The notes under the pieces were generated by a model. That model worked only from the letters and a program-made list of their open reading frames with translations, made no database searches and was not told the DNA's origin. The position numbers were made by a program, and so were the translations under genes. A DNA stretch of 63,838 nucleotides, counting the filler, from Craspedostauros australis (Eukaryota): assembly GCA_030167865.1 (NCBI GenBank). It is 17 parts of 17 records of this genome, joined end to end, with 100 filler letters (N's around TTAATTAATTAA, not from the genome) between each part and the next. Parts side by side here need not be neighbours in the genome. Positions count along the whole stretch, not along the records: positions 34,125 to 35,982 come from JALAGF010004668.1; positions 36,083 to 38,922 come from JALAGF010004669.1; positions 39,023 to 49,480 come from JALAGF010004670.1; 14 more parts are not named here. The stretch is one strand, 5' to 3'. Shown piece after piece: positions 34,258 through 46,318 of this stretch (the stretch's first letter is position 1; every line of letters begins with the position of its first letter).

Positions 34258-35982
34258 GTGGTGGCGAAGACCAAGGAAGCATCCACCCAGCTGGCCGACA
34301 CACCCATCGAGGCCGAGTCAAGACTCATCCCGAGGCAGTATCGAGCACAGCGAGCAGGTGCGCTGCAGCCACACCGAATCAAGGGAAGGGTGGACACAGA
34401 TCCATTTTTCTCCACGGTCCCATCCATCCGACAATACCGATGCATCCAACTCTTCACGCACAGCGATTCCAAGTTCATCTGGGCCAAACCGCTCCGCAGA
34501 GAGGCGATGGCGCCAGGGGCGCTGACGGAGTTCATTGTGCAGGTCGGGGCACCGGATCTACTCATCTCGGACAACTCACAGGTTCAGGCTGGGAAGGCAT
34601 GGAAGGCCATCACAACGCGCTACATGATCAAGCACTCCTTCACTGCTCCAATGAACCAGAACCAGAACCACGCAGAGCGAGCCATCGGGAACATCAAGCG
34701 ACACGCGTATCAGATGCTCTGGGCCGCGACTGCGCCACTCACATTTTGGTGTCACGCAGTGCAGCACGCTATCGACGTATGGAACTACACGGCCAAAGAA
34801 AGCATTCAGTGGCGCACTCCAATCGAGATGTTGCGAGGCAACACACCGGACATCTCCATGTTCCGATTCACGTTCTTTCAGCCAGTCTGGTATTTCGAGC
34901 CGATGACGAAGTTTCCGCACCACCCATTCAAGCCGGGGCATTTCTTGGGGATTGCATGGGACCATGGGGACCCTTTCACCTATCACATTTGGTCGCCGAA
35001 AGGCGAAGACGTAACCAAGGGCACGTCCCTGGTGCGCAACATCGTGAAACCACGAATCGCGGAAGACGCAAATGCGCCGCAAATTACCGACGAGGAAGTG
35101 CAACGAATTGCACGCCTCGATCTGATCCACTATCAAACCAATGGCGAATCGGGGCAGCGGGCGCGCACCAAGACTATGCCGGCGCAGCTTGCTCGACAGG
35201 TCCGAGAGGCCATCGACGCAATTGCCGTGCGGTCAGGGGCGGCAGCTCGAATCCCTGAAGCAGGACCACCGGAGGTCAGGGGCGTCGCGGTGAATGAAAA
35301 CAGCACTCCCAATGAAGACCGGTGGTTCGGTCAGCCGAATGTCATCGCAGACGACGATGACGACCGCGACAGCGGGCCCACGGGCGCAATATCCGACGAC
35401 GACGGGGACGATGATCGCTCCACTGGCAACATCTCGAACGAATCCGATGATGACGAACCGGTGAGGATCCCAGATCCACCCAAGCAGCGGATTCAGGGGC
35501 GTATCGGCACTCTGGCTGAGCGCGAGCATGACGAAATGTTCCAGAATCAGATCGCCAAGGACGAAACGAACGATCCAGCCATCACATCTGTCGCAGGCCA
35601 TTCATTCAGAGACGGACATCTTCATCTCAACGTGAAATGGGACAACGACGAGACGCAATGGTTCAGATACGACATCCTGAGGGCAGACCATCCCGAGATC
35701 GTAGCGAGATACATCATCGCAAACGAACCGAAACGGCATGACAGACACAATCGGCAGTCGACAACAATGCTGAAATGGGCAAAGCACGCCGTGCGNGCGA
35801 TCCGACGACGCATGAAACGCATCGAGCGCACGCACCAATTCACAATTGACGACGACGATAACATCTCCATTCTGAGGCGCATACGGCCAGGGAAGAAGAA
35901 ACCAAAGAAGGACTTCTTCGCCACCGTGTTTCAGTACGGAGTGGAAGTGCCGCGCAACATGAAGCACGCACTCCAACTCGAC
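34258..35982 (+). CDS. pol: CoDi-type copia Pol fragment: integrase core plus chromodomain-like module
   Basis: TDPFFS...LISDNS...QNQNHAERAIG (DDE core); chromo-like 'ITSVAGHSFRDGHLHLNVKWDNDETQW'; 'FQYGVEVPRNMKHALQLD' of the kind that precedes RT. Truncated by the scaffold edges. Confidence 0.9.
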
Positions 35983-36082
35983 NNNNNNNNNNNNNNNNNN
36001 NNNNNNNNNNNNNNNNNNNNNNNNNNTTAATTAATTAANNNNNNNNNNNNNNNNNNNNNNNNNNNNNNNNNNNNNNNNNNNN

Positions 36083-36429
36083 GCTTCATGACCGTCACCA
36101 CTGATTGCCATGACCTACACTGCAGTGTAACTACATGTGCGGAGAGCAAGATACTGTATTGATTGTCTATTCTGTTGCACTGAATCAAGTGCATCAGTGC
36201 AGGGTCTCGCCAAGTTGTGTGGCATCGTTTCTTCACCCTACTAACACCAACAAGCTAACTCATAATAACAGACAAGGATTAGCTACAAAGCACTCTACTA
36301 CTCATCGTTACAGTTATAACTCTTCAACCAGTACACCTCTCTTGAACTGCATCACACAGCTATCCCGAAGCCAGCAGATTCACAAGGCATTCTCCACCGA
36401 TTCGCGACGTCAACGCCCGAATCCTAACT
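36083..36429 (+). repeat. 5' LTR (partial) of copia family X
   Basis: Homologous to 9172-9521 and ends at AATCCTAACT. Followed by the PBS and gag. Confidence 0.9.
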
Positions 36430-36446
36430 GGTAGCTGCGAGTGGTT
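36429..36446 (+). other. Primer-binding site, probably for initiator tRNA-Met
   Basis: TGGTAGCTGCGAGTGGTT is complementary to a tRNA 3' end ...AACCACUCGCAGCUACCA. This implies an A1:U72 pair, a hallmark of eukaryotic initiator tRNA. Confidence 0.75.
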
Positions 36447-36858
36447 GCCAAATACTCTCTTATCAACTCCACCGAGCATCTTCCTCTGCCAACCGATCGC
36501 AAGAGTCTCTCTGAGACGAAGCCAAAAAGGCATAGCTCGCAAATCGAGCCTCCATCAAAGGACCACGTCCTCATCGCATGTATCTGATTTGAAATCAGAA
36601 CCCCAAAGCTCGAACACCGAGGCACTCAAGAGGACAAAAGTCCCAGCTGAAGGTAAGCGACCCAAGGTCGAACTTCAGTAGCCTCTGCTAAAGCAAGCTA
36701 TAACCGCACTCGCCGACCGAGTACGAGCCTCTCCAAGCCTGCATCGAACTTCAGTGCACACCTTCCCAACAAAGTGAAGCCGAGCAAGAGCAAGAGAAGG
36801 CAAACAGATCGATCCCCTTGAAGTCCAAAGACCACTCAAGAAGTCCCCGTCATCCATC

Positions 36859-38922
36859 ATGGCGGAAGAGACAACCCCTGCCACGCTGGAAGTGCTGCAA
36901 GCGCAGCTCGAAGCGATCACGGTCGAGAACGCTCGCCTCACACAGGCGACGTTGGCGGCCGAAGCCGCTGCAAAAGCAGCAAACGCGGCTATAGCCACTG
37001 CCCAAGCAGCGGCGACAGCCACCACGACCCCAAGCCGTCCCGGTCTCGAGCGCAGCCGTTCTGCTGGCGACACACGAACCCGGACGGACCAGTCCTTCCT
37101 CAACGACAGCATCTTCGACATGGAAACTCCCATGCCCAAGAAGAGCAGAAAGTCAGAAGAGGACAGCGAAGACGACGACCACGACCTCTCTGGGAAACCA
37201 ACCGTTCCAATCATGGGAGGTATCCTCAAGCAAGGACGCAACTGGGTACCCTGGACCGCAGGCGCACCAAACGGACATTGGACCGGCCTCCAAGACGAGT
37301 CACACACCAGGTGGACCAACTCTCAACAACAGAGAATCCTCCATAACGGTGCTGACTCCACCAACCAGTCCAAGCGGGAGCAAGGACTCACCGACAAGTT
37401 CAAGAAGGGAGGGAACATCCAGCAGTTCATCCGCCTGGTGCGAAACCACATGGCCAGAACCGGACTCCTCACCATGGCGTACATCGCTGACGCCAACGCA
37501 GAGTCAGGGATGACTTGCGTCCTGGACTCACCAGCCGCCTTCACTCTTGAAGATGCCACCAAGCACTTCGACGAGTTCCATCTGAAGTGGGATCACTACG
37601 ACGTCCAGAACAACGAGACAGCCTCAGCGTTCTTCCGTGACAGTCTTGATCCAGTTCTCGAAGACCAACTCATGAACCGAATTGAGCCGAAGTTCCACGA
37701 TAACTTCATCACTCTCTTCGTTGAGTTCATGAACAGCAACTCGGCCAATTCCTTGGATGAACAAGACGCCCTCGCAGCCAAGATCCGCGAAGTCAACTGC
37801 AGACGTTTTCCAAACGAGAACGTTGGTCTCATGGCAGTCCACCTTCGTGCTCTTTGCAAGCGCCTCGACGACGCCGGTCGCTTCGACCTTCGTCTCCTCC
37901 GAACGATCCTCGATGCCTTCCTGCAGGCTGGAGGACAGATCCGGTCTGGTGAACAGTACCGACGTCCTCTCTATGTGATGAAGGATAGCCTTGAGGAAAT
38001 CCTCATGCGTCTCCCCGTCTTCACGTACGAGTACGCTCGCCCCCAGCTTGCCGCAAAAGACCTCACATGGATGGCAATCTGCAACAAGGCCGAGTTGTCG
38101 TACGAAAACGAAGTGCGCGGAAATCGCTGGCATGCCATCAGGCGTACCAGAGATAGCAACGTGCCCAAGTACTCGTACGCCAACAACGTCGTCCAGAATC
38201 CAAGCGCCAACGTTCTCGAGCAACACAAGGGTTTCTCCAAGAACGATGGAAAGAGAAACAACCTCAAGAAGCCCAAGGAACGCGACGCCAAACGCAACGC
38301 CGGTCAGGGCTGGTCGTCCAAAGCTCCCAAGCCCGGTGAGCCACAGCGCAAGCTTGTCAACGACAAGACTTTTATGTGGTGCGCCAAGTGCCGCCGCTGG
38401 CGTCTCTCGCACAACACCGAGAGTCACCAAGACAACTTCAAGTTCAAGGCGAAGTCTAAAAGCAAGCAAAGCCCCAAACAGGACAACCTCTCCATTGACA
38501 TGGCTGCGTGGACATGCTTCACAGCCGCCTCCAGTCAAGACGAAGACACCTGGTGGTCCCTCGTCTGGAACCTCTTCACCTCCTTCAACTACTTCGGTAG
38601 CATCGTTGGAATGGTTCTCCTCTTCGCCTCACTCCAAGTTATCACTATCGGAGTAGAGTATGGGTGGTACATCGCGGCAGCTAATGCCTGGATGCTAATC
38701 GCCGTAACTCTACTACTCCTCCACACAAGCGTCCCACGAAGACCCGACTCAATCAACTCTGCTGACCTAGTCTACAACAAGGCACGAGTCAAAGAACGAT
38801 ACAAGCAAGTTCACAAACGCCCAACACACTTCAATGGAGCTGTGAAACGCAGTCTCTACGATCTCGTGATGGAAAGTCTCGACCCAGATGGACCCAAACC
38901 CGTGAACGTGTCGAAAGGAAAC
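36859..38922 (+). CDS. gag: Gag(-Pol) of copia family X, 3'-truncated, with a Cys/His knuckle and a hydrophobic segment
   Basis: Long ORF downstream of the LTR and PBS. Contains the knuckle WCAKCRRWRLSHNTESH followed by two hydrophobic stretches (about 38551-38721). Confidence 0.85.
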
Positions 38923-39678
38923 NNNNNNNNNNNNNNNNNNNNNNNNNNNNNNNNNNNNNNNNNNNNTTAATTAATTAANNNNNNNNNNNNNNNNNNNNNN
39001 NNNNNNNNNNNNNNNNNNNNNNACGTGATTCATTATTTTTGATTCGACTCGATTTTGAGAGTATAGTCGAGTGAGTCTTGATACACGATTGAGATTCAGT
39101 CACTACAGTCATCGAACATGACGTAGGCACTGACATCATCGTATGACGTCAGTGGATCGGTCATTATGATCCTCGGAATCGAGATTATATCTTAGTCATG
39201 GTATGCTGACCTGTCTAGCCTAGCCGAATGCATCATCGAGCACGTGGCAGCAACATTTAGGATCCAGAACAACATCGTCAGGGGTGATGCATGCACCCCA
39301 CCGACGTAGACGGATCAATCCATATGTGATCAAACAGAGATCAAGACCAGACAAGATCAGNNNNNNNNNNNNNNNNNNNNNNGGTGGAGATAACACGAGA
39401 TATCGTGTAGATCAACATGCCATCTTGGGCAATGTTTTAGAAAAGACTGCGAGAGAAACCACGAGGTAATCGAGCAGCACGATAGCAACCGTGCAATAGG
39501 CACCATCTTTAGAATGATGAGATCATCATCTCATAATCCAAACTCAATCATCAATTGAACACAACCTATTAGAACAACAACAACCACCAAACATCTCCAA
39601 CTCCACCTGACGGATTGATCACCCTGGCGGCGTAGTAAGTGCAGTGTTTGGTGCCCTTTTCCTGTGTGTAATTGCTGA

Positions 39679-41190
39679 TTATCACTTCCCGTCATGACCG
39701 ATCCCAAGATGTTGATGACAATGAAGATCTTACAGTACCTCGGATCTGTTGCCTTCCTGGCTGCCAGGGATGCGACGTTGCTACTCGCGGGATTTCGCCA
39801 GGTGACGTTGATGCTGAAGCATGGGCAGAGTGGCGAAGGTGCCTATGGGGCTCATGTGACGCGCTCGGTCGCATTACATATCATGAAAGATGTGAAATTC
39901 GCAAAACGGTTGCAAACACTCCCGGCAAGGATTCTCGCTGCGACGGACTCCAAATACGTGATGTGCCAGTTTTTCGCGTCAGATACAGGATTCCTGACTA
40001 CATGGTCTGAGCCTGTACATGTATGTTTGGCAGCCTATCAAAAAGGCCATCGAGCCGGGATGGAGGCAGGTGATTTGTCTCATGCATATCGGTGCTGGGG
40101 GATGTGCTTGCTGCATGGCTTCATGTGTGGGGTCCCGCTTGTGTCCTTGCACCGCACGGCGAAGATGTTCCTGGTCCAAGTCGAACATTACAACCTGAAG
40201 GAGATTTCCAGCTCGTATGGACAAGTCGCACGTTTCTTCGAGATCTTGCTGGGCATGTCGTCTTCTCGACTTCAAGGCGAAGTGATTCGGGAGCAATCAG
40301 GTGAACAATCAATCGGGCACTGGAAGGACCGGTCTGATGTCCCATCAGCCAAAGACATGAATCGTGAGCAACACATTCGTTGGGGTATATGATACTGGTG
40401 CTACGAGCAATTAACGATGTACTTCGGTGAATTGGAGCTGGGAAAGATCTGCATGGGGCCATCAAAAGCTAGCGCTGGGCTCGACCATACCTTTGCTCGG
40501 CAGACCGTGAGAGTGTTTCAAGGTGGGCTTACCATGTCCAGGATGGCGCAAAAGACAGACAACAAGAGAAAGCGGAGGAAGTACCACCGCAAGGCGGCAA
40601 ACTACACGGCAGAACTTCGTCGTCTGGTCGAGAGAAATGGCGGCAACAACCTCCATCGGTACCTCATCATGGAGGCAGACACGATGGCAGCTGGAGGGAA
40701 GCAATTCGAACAGAAGGTGAAGGCAGCGTACGACAAGGCCATTTCCTATTGCGCAAGATCGGGACATGTCAATGATGCAGCGCTGGCAAATGAGCTTGCC
40801 GCTGAGTACTTTCTGAACAAGCACACAGGCACACCGGCGCTGTCTGGGTCTTTGCGTCGCACAGCTTTGAGCGGTCCCTTACGAAGCTCTGATTTTGAGA
40901 GCACTGGTGTCCTGGACGATGACGAAGACTTCTACTGGCCACGGCAGTATCTGGGAAATGCCATCTCGTTGTACAACGAATGGGGAGCAAGGGCAAAGGT
41001 GGATCAGCTGCTGGAGAAGCATCCGAACTTTCTCGATCGAAGCATGCTGGAAGGTGGTGTTGGTGGGGAGAACGGGGAAGGTGGCGAGCGGCGACGGAAA
41101 CGAAGAACTGCCCGGCATACAGCAGATACGCGAATGTGCGTTGCCACAGCCCACAAGATCATGGCAGAGGTGAACTTTGATGCCTTGTAG
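39679..41190 (+). pseudogene. C-terminal helical part of a STAND/AAA-ATPase (sensor-kinase or adenylate-cyclase-associated type) protein, 5'-truncated, with one in-frame TGA
   Basis: Motifs 'LPVMTDP...GHRAGMEAGD...YDKAISYCARSGHVNDAALANELAAEYF...AISLYNEWGARAKVDQL'. ORFs 39694-40392 and 40417-41190 are in the same frame, separated by TGA at 40390-40392. Confidence 0.7.
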
Positions 41191-41472
41191 TTGCACGGAG
41201 TACGATAGATTGCAACAGAACTGGAATAGTAGAATGCGACTGATGAAAAATCGTCCATCGGGAATTGATCCACGCATGGCCGCCTATTGTCGTCCTGAGA
41301 ACCGAAAGATGGAGTAATTGCAGATGGGAATCGAGGGATGTACGAGTGTGATGCACATAGGTACCGGCTGGCACGAAAGGCGAAAAGTCAGGGCCTTGAC
41401 GATGCATTCGTACACGGACGTAGCATAAGCCGATTGGTGTATTATAATCTCCACTTCATCAACTATACGTGG

Positions 41473-42070
41473 AGTTGAGATTCAATAAGGGACAGACTAT
41501 TACCAGACACGGTATCAACCCCGATGGGAGAAATTCTTGTTTTGGCGCGAAATCCTCAGACTTGATCGACCACCAAATCTTTTCTCCTCCTTTCTCTCCT
41601 CCATTCACGAATTCATCATGACTCAAACATGACCGACCTGACTCACATCTCACCTTGGGAACTATCCAATCTGCTTCAACTCAAGCAATGGAATCCGAGA
41701 GTGAACTCCAGCCACAGCCATTGCTTCATGACTGTCACTATTGAGTGTCATGATCTACACTGCAGTGTGTCTACGTGTGAGGAGAGCAAGGAACTGAAAT
41801 AATTGCCTACCCTCAAGCACTGAACCAAGTACATCAGCGCAGGGTCCCATCAAGCTGTGTGACATTGTTTCTTTACCCTACCAACACTATAAGCTAACTC
41901 ATAATAAACAGACAAGGATTAGCTACAAAGCACTCATCTACTCATCGTTACAGTAACACATCTTCAATCCCGTACACCTCTCTTGAACTGCATCACATGG
42001 CTATCTCGAAGCCAGCAGATTCACGAGGCATCCTCCACCGATTCGCGTCGACTGAGCCCGAATCCTAACT
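41473..42070 (+). mobile_element. Solo LTR of copia family X
   Basis: AGTTGAGATT...AATCCTAACT, flanked by CGTGG and AGTGG (a 5-bp TSD with one mismatch). Confidence 0.9.
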
Positions 42071-42926
42071 AGTGGTGTGTTGTTGTGGTCATTCGAACAG
42101 ATTAATTTTGGTTTGGTTTGTTGAAGGAGTGTGTTGTTCTATGTGGAAAGGGGGCATTGTGGTTGACATGGTGTTGTGTCAGATCGTGTCTGATCAAATC
42201 GTTATGGTGTTGTGACTTGTTTGATTTGTTTTAGCTTTCTTCGCGGGACATGCTTGAGGAGATGCGGTAATATCTTTTCAAGCATTTTTATTCATGTCCA
42301 CAAGAACCTGTGTTCGTTTGCATTTGTCGACTAGAATCAACGGACCGCGGCTTCCGAAAGTGTTGGTCAGAACGATGGACAACAAAGAACGCTTGCTATC
42401 CAATAAAGTGTCAACGCAGCTGATGATGTTATGACCTCGAGCAACCTCAAGAAAACGCGTTGGGCGGCTTTTGCGTCGCACGGCCCTTGGACGACACAGC
42501 GATCACAACAAACAAGCCGGAACGCCGCAAAATTGCGCCTCCATGGTCATGTCCAGGGAGTCGAGGTAAACGAAGGCGTGCACAGAAATGGCCCGTACGA
42601 CAGACAGACAGAAAATAACACAAAATGCACATACAGTCCGCCACAAAGCAAGAAAGAAAGTAAGCAATTTTTGGGGCCAGCAATTTGTCTCCTACAATTA
42701 TGATGATGGGTGCAGAATGCGCCCACCACCATGCCTCTGCCCCTATTTATATTGTTTTCGTTTTTTGCTTTTTGTGTGGTTTTGTTGTTGTTGGTGTGGT
42801 TTGGTCGGTGTTGATATATCATTCATTCTTGATCTCTTGTTCATACCGCTGTTGCTTTGGTGCTGCCTTCAGCTGCTGTCTTATGTCTTCATTCGTTCCG
42901 ATGCTGTGCCATATGGTGCTGCCTTG

Positions 42927-43682
42927 TTACTTTGCTTCTGCTGCCGAATTCTGTTTGCTTCCCTGCGGCAAGGGCTTCTTGTTGTCCTTCAATGCGGTAG
43001 GATGCCGGCGCGTGCTGCTGCGTGTTACCACAGTTACTTTTGCAGCGGCTGTTGGTGTGTTGGAAGTGGCTGCACCATTCTTGCTCTTGTTGCTGTTTCC
43101 ACCATCATCCTTCCTGCTTGTGCTGGGAAGGACTTTTGCTGCTGGCTTCCTGTTGCTTCCAGATTGGGTGCTCTTCATGCTTCGGATACTCCTATTGCTT
43201 CTGCCACTTCTGTTGCTTCGCGATGTTGCACAGCTCCTTGCACTGGCAACGCTCATGTTGCCAGTGCTTGCGGTCCCATATCTTGCCTCCTTTCGTCCGT
43301 TGGCCTTATGATACCGGACGCTGACGGTGTCTGAGTGCATTCTGTGCGCTGCATTGCGTATGGCATCGCGGCTGATTGCATTCCTGTTCTTCCTAGTCAT
43401 GCTGCTCGTGCTGTGTCGACTGTGACTGGACTTTGCACTGGACACACTCAGATCATCACTGTAGGTGCGACGACTCCTGCTGGTCCGATGGCTGCGTTTG
43501 GAGCAGCGGCTGTATGCACTGCACACACTCTCCCGCGAGCCCTTCCTGCTGCAGTGCTTCGTTGATGCACTCCGGATTCTTCTGCATGAGCGGAACATTT
43601 CGTCATCGGCGCATGACGAGTGGATGCTTATCACATCCTCACAGTTTGTGGCGTCCACCCTTTCATCATGGTTCTTGTTCAT
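42927..43682 (-). CDS. Hypothetical Ser/Arg-rich basic low-complexity protein
   Basis: 251-aa ORF with an acidic N-terminus and repeated S-x-R/K-S motifs, preceded by CAA/CA-rich 5' UTR-like sequence. Confidence 0.45.
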   Translation of the reverse strand: MNKNHDERVDATNCEDVISIHSSCADDEMFRSCRRIRSASTKHCSRKGSRESVCSAYSRCSKRSHRTSRSRRTYSDDLSVSSAKSSHSRHSTSSMTRKNRNAISRDAIRNAAHRMHSDTVSVRYHKANGRKEARYGTASTGNMSVASARSCATSRSNRSGRSNRSIRSMKSTQSGSNRKPAAKVLPSTSRKDDGGNSNKSKNGAATSNTPTAAAKVTVVTRSSTRRHPTALKDNKKPLPQGSKQNSAAEAK

Positions 43683-43817
43683 TGTTGCAGTTCATTGGCG
43701 TTTGTGGTTTGCATGTTGTTGTGTGTGATGTGTGTGTTGTGGCAGATAGAGCCAAATCAATGTGCAAAGAGGAGGATGGTGTGAGAACATGAGCAATGCA
43801 TGCAACCAATATTCTGC

Positions 43818-45371
43818 TCAGTGTGTTCTTACCTTCTGATGTTGCACACTGCGACGTCGAGGTGGCGGCATGCCCCCTGTAGAGTTATCCAAGGAGTCCT
43901 CATCTGCGGAGCTGCCTGACTCCATCAGATCAACAATGCTCTCACCCGTTCTGTTGTTGTGGGGGTGACGTGGGCTCCCCACAGAACCTCGAGGAAGGAT
44001 TTGGCCCCCAGCTGGCCAGTTCCCAGCGCATGAGGAGTAAGTGGCTCGACTCATGGGTGCGGCTGGTACAGGGCGCATAGAATGCCCTTCAACCATGCGC
44101 ACGAGGAGCAGTGGGGCAGGGACTTCACCTTTTCCATTATTCAATGGGATGGTGGGGTTCACAAAAGTGCTTCCAAGCATGACGTTGTCGTTGGTGCCTT
44201 CAAGCCTTCCACTGACTTGGAATGGTAGGGTCTCCCGATGCACTCTCACAATCGTGAAATGGTGTGTTGAGACCATTGCCACCGCCGAACGGTATGCTGC
44301 ACGTCGTTCGGTCTGCAACTCAAACCCGAATAGGCGCACTCCGTCCGAGGCACCATTTCGATGGTCGATCATGGCATTGTCTTGGGATATGGTTGATCGT
44401 AGGTTGGAGTTTGCGGTAATGTGCACCTCCAGACACGTACCATCCTCCGACACCAGGCTTCGGATGTCCTCCTCAGAGGTTCCGGCTGGCAGCTCGAAAT
44501 CAATCCCGAGCACTCGATGTCCAGCACTGTTCTCGTACTGGTGACGAATGGCCGGCAGCACAATGGAGGCGTTTTGCGCCACCCATTCCTTCACCGAAGG
44601 GAGAACCCTTGCTTGTTTTGGAATCATGAATTGACAGTTTCTGTCTGCTGCTGTTGCTGCTGCTACCGCCTCTGCCTCCGTTCTTGGTGGCGATGGGCTC
44701 CATCCCGTGGTTGGGAGAGCAGGCGGCTGGGATGAACTAGCAAGCGGAGTATTTCCGTGAGACATTCCCTGTGGCCAGGCATATGCCGATGGCGATAGCT
44801 GGCGCGGTGGTGCAGGCTGCAACAAAACACCAGGGAATGTTGGGGAGGGCGTCGCCGTGTTCACGGAATTGGCATCGTGTGGCGACGTTGTTGCTGCTGT
44901 TGGTCCCCCATGACCATGATTCGCGGAATCTGTGTTGTTCGATGATGCAGTGTTGAGGAACACAGATGGCGACATCGATGGATTCGCTCGCGAGGCAGGG
45001 GACACATGATGCCGATTTTCAACATACGTTGTGATATCGGGAGCAGCGAAAGGGTTGGTGCGGCCTGAAAGGAAGTGAGTGGACATTAGAGTGGCAATAC
45101 AGAAGCAATGTTCTGATTCAAAATGGCGAGCAACACAGACATCATTGAGGACCAGTGTTGCGCATCATGACGTACCAAGCTCCATTGCGATCTGACGTTG
45201 AAGGTTGCGGTAGTTCCTTGCAAACTGCGCCTCAATGAACACGTGGAGAAAGCTGTTCTGTTCCCACACCACAGCTGGGGGGAGGGAAGATGGTATCTCA
45301 CCGGAGATCAGCATCCCTCGCAGCTGTTGGACCTCTGGGGCATTGCGCGACCACACTTTCCTTGCCGACAT
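43818..45371 (-). CDS. Two-exon gene (45371-45176 and 45064-43818; 480 aa): N-terminal small helical domain plus HSP20/alpha-crystallin-like domain
   Basis: A phase-1 intron GTACGT(45175)...CTAAT...CCTTTCAG(45065) joins the two ORFs in frame. 'GIDFELPAGTSEEDIRSLVSEDGTCLEVH...RETLPFQV' resembles ACD beta-strands. Confidence 0.65.
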
Positions 45372-46318
45372 GGTCGTGCGTGGGTTGATTGTGCTGATAC
45401 GATGGTGATTGCTGGTGTAGCTGCGCCTGGAACTGTGGTTGTGGTGGTAGTTCCAATTGGAGTGGTGCAAGGGTTGGAAGGTCTTGTTGTATGACCACGA
45501 CAACATTCAAGCAGCTGTGATGTGACTTTGGAGTGATGCGATCATCCTTCATGTCATGGTTTGCGTTGTTGTCAACGCGTTCATCAACGACGTCGGCATC
45601 GACCTCGTGGTCTCTGTCTGCTTCAACCTGTCTCCAACGTGATCGCCCACACGCTCATCAACCCGCACATCCGCGGGAAGAGCATCAGATCAGAAAGCTG
45701 CCGAGCGGTTCAACACGTCGTCGTTGCAGACAGAGAGGAGGGAAGATCGAACCAGCAACTACTTCTCAAGCGCCACGTCGTCAGCAGGTGCACATCAGGC
45801 CTGCCTGGTGCAAAAGGCAGACAATCGGGGCACATACGAAATTCTCGATGTCAGATACGTACGTTCGTACGTATGGCATGATAGGTACAGAGAAAAAGGA
45901 TCACAGAACAAGTGCAACACAACGGATGTAACAATAATGCCATGCTTTCTTCAATGTAGTCGTGCTTTGCATTTGGCGAAAACAACGCAAAAAGAGAATT
46001 ACATTCGTCAGTTTGTCTACCTCCATGACTTATAGTCGTGCCCAATGTCAGGGACTAAGTCACTGACATCAAACTCTGGAACATGGTAGTCGCGTCTTCT
46101 CCCATTTGGGGCGGCATGCACGTTCGCATCTAGAAACAGGCAGTGCACTGCTTCGTTTCAATGACGTCGACGTTCCCAATGGTATCGTTACCTTCTATGT
46201 TGGTGATACCACCCACGATAGTGCAGCAAACGCAACACACAGCCCACTATCTCCCTATCAAGTTCTCATGCGAAAACCTCCGTCGGTGACATCACTCGTC
46301 GCCAACAATGTGAAGACG

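Noticed and set aside
39023..39621. LTR-like sequence resembling 16044-16609 in composition
   Set aside because: It begins at the scaffold edge, and no TSD or second copy defines it.
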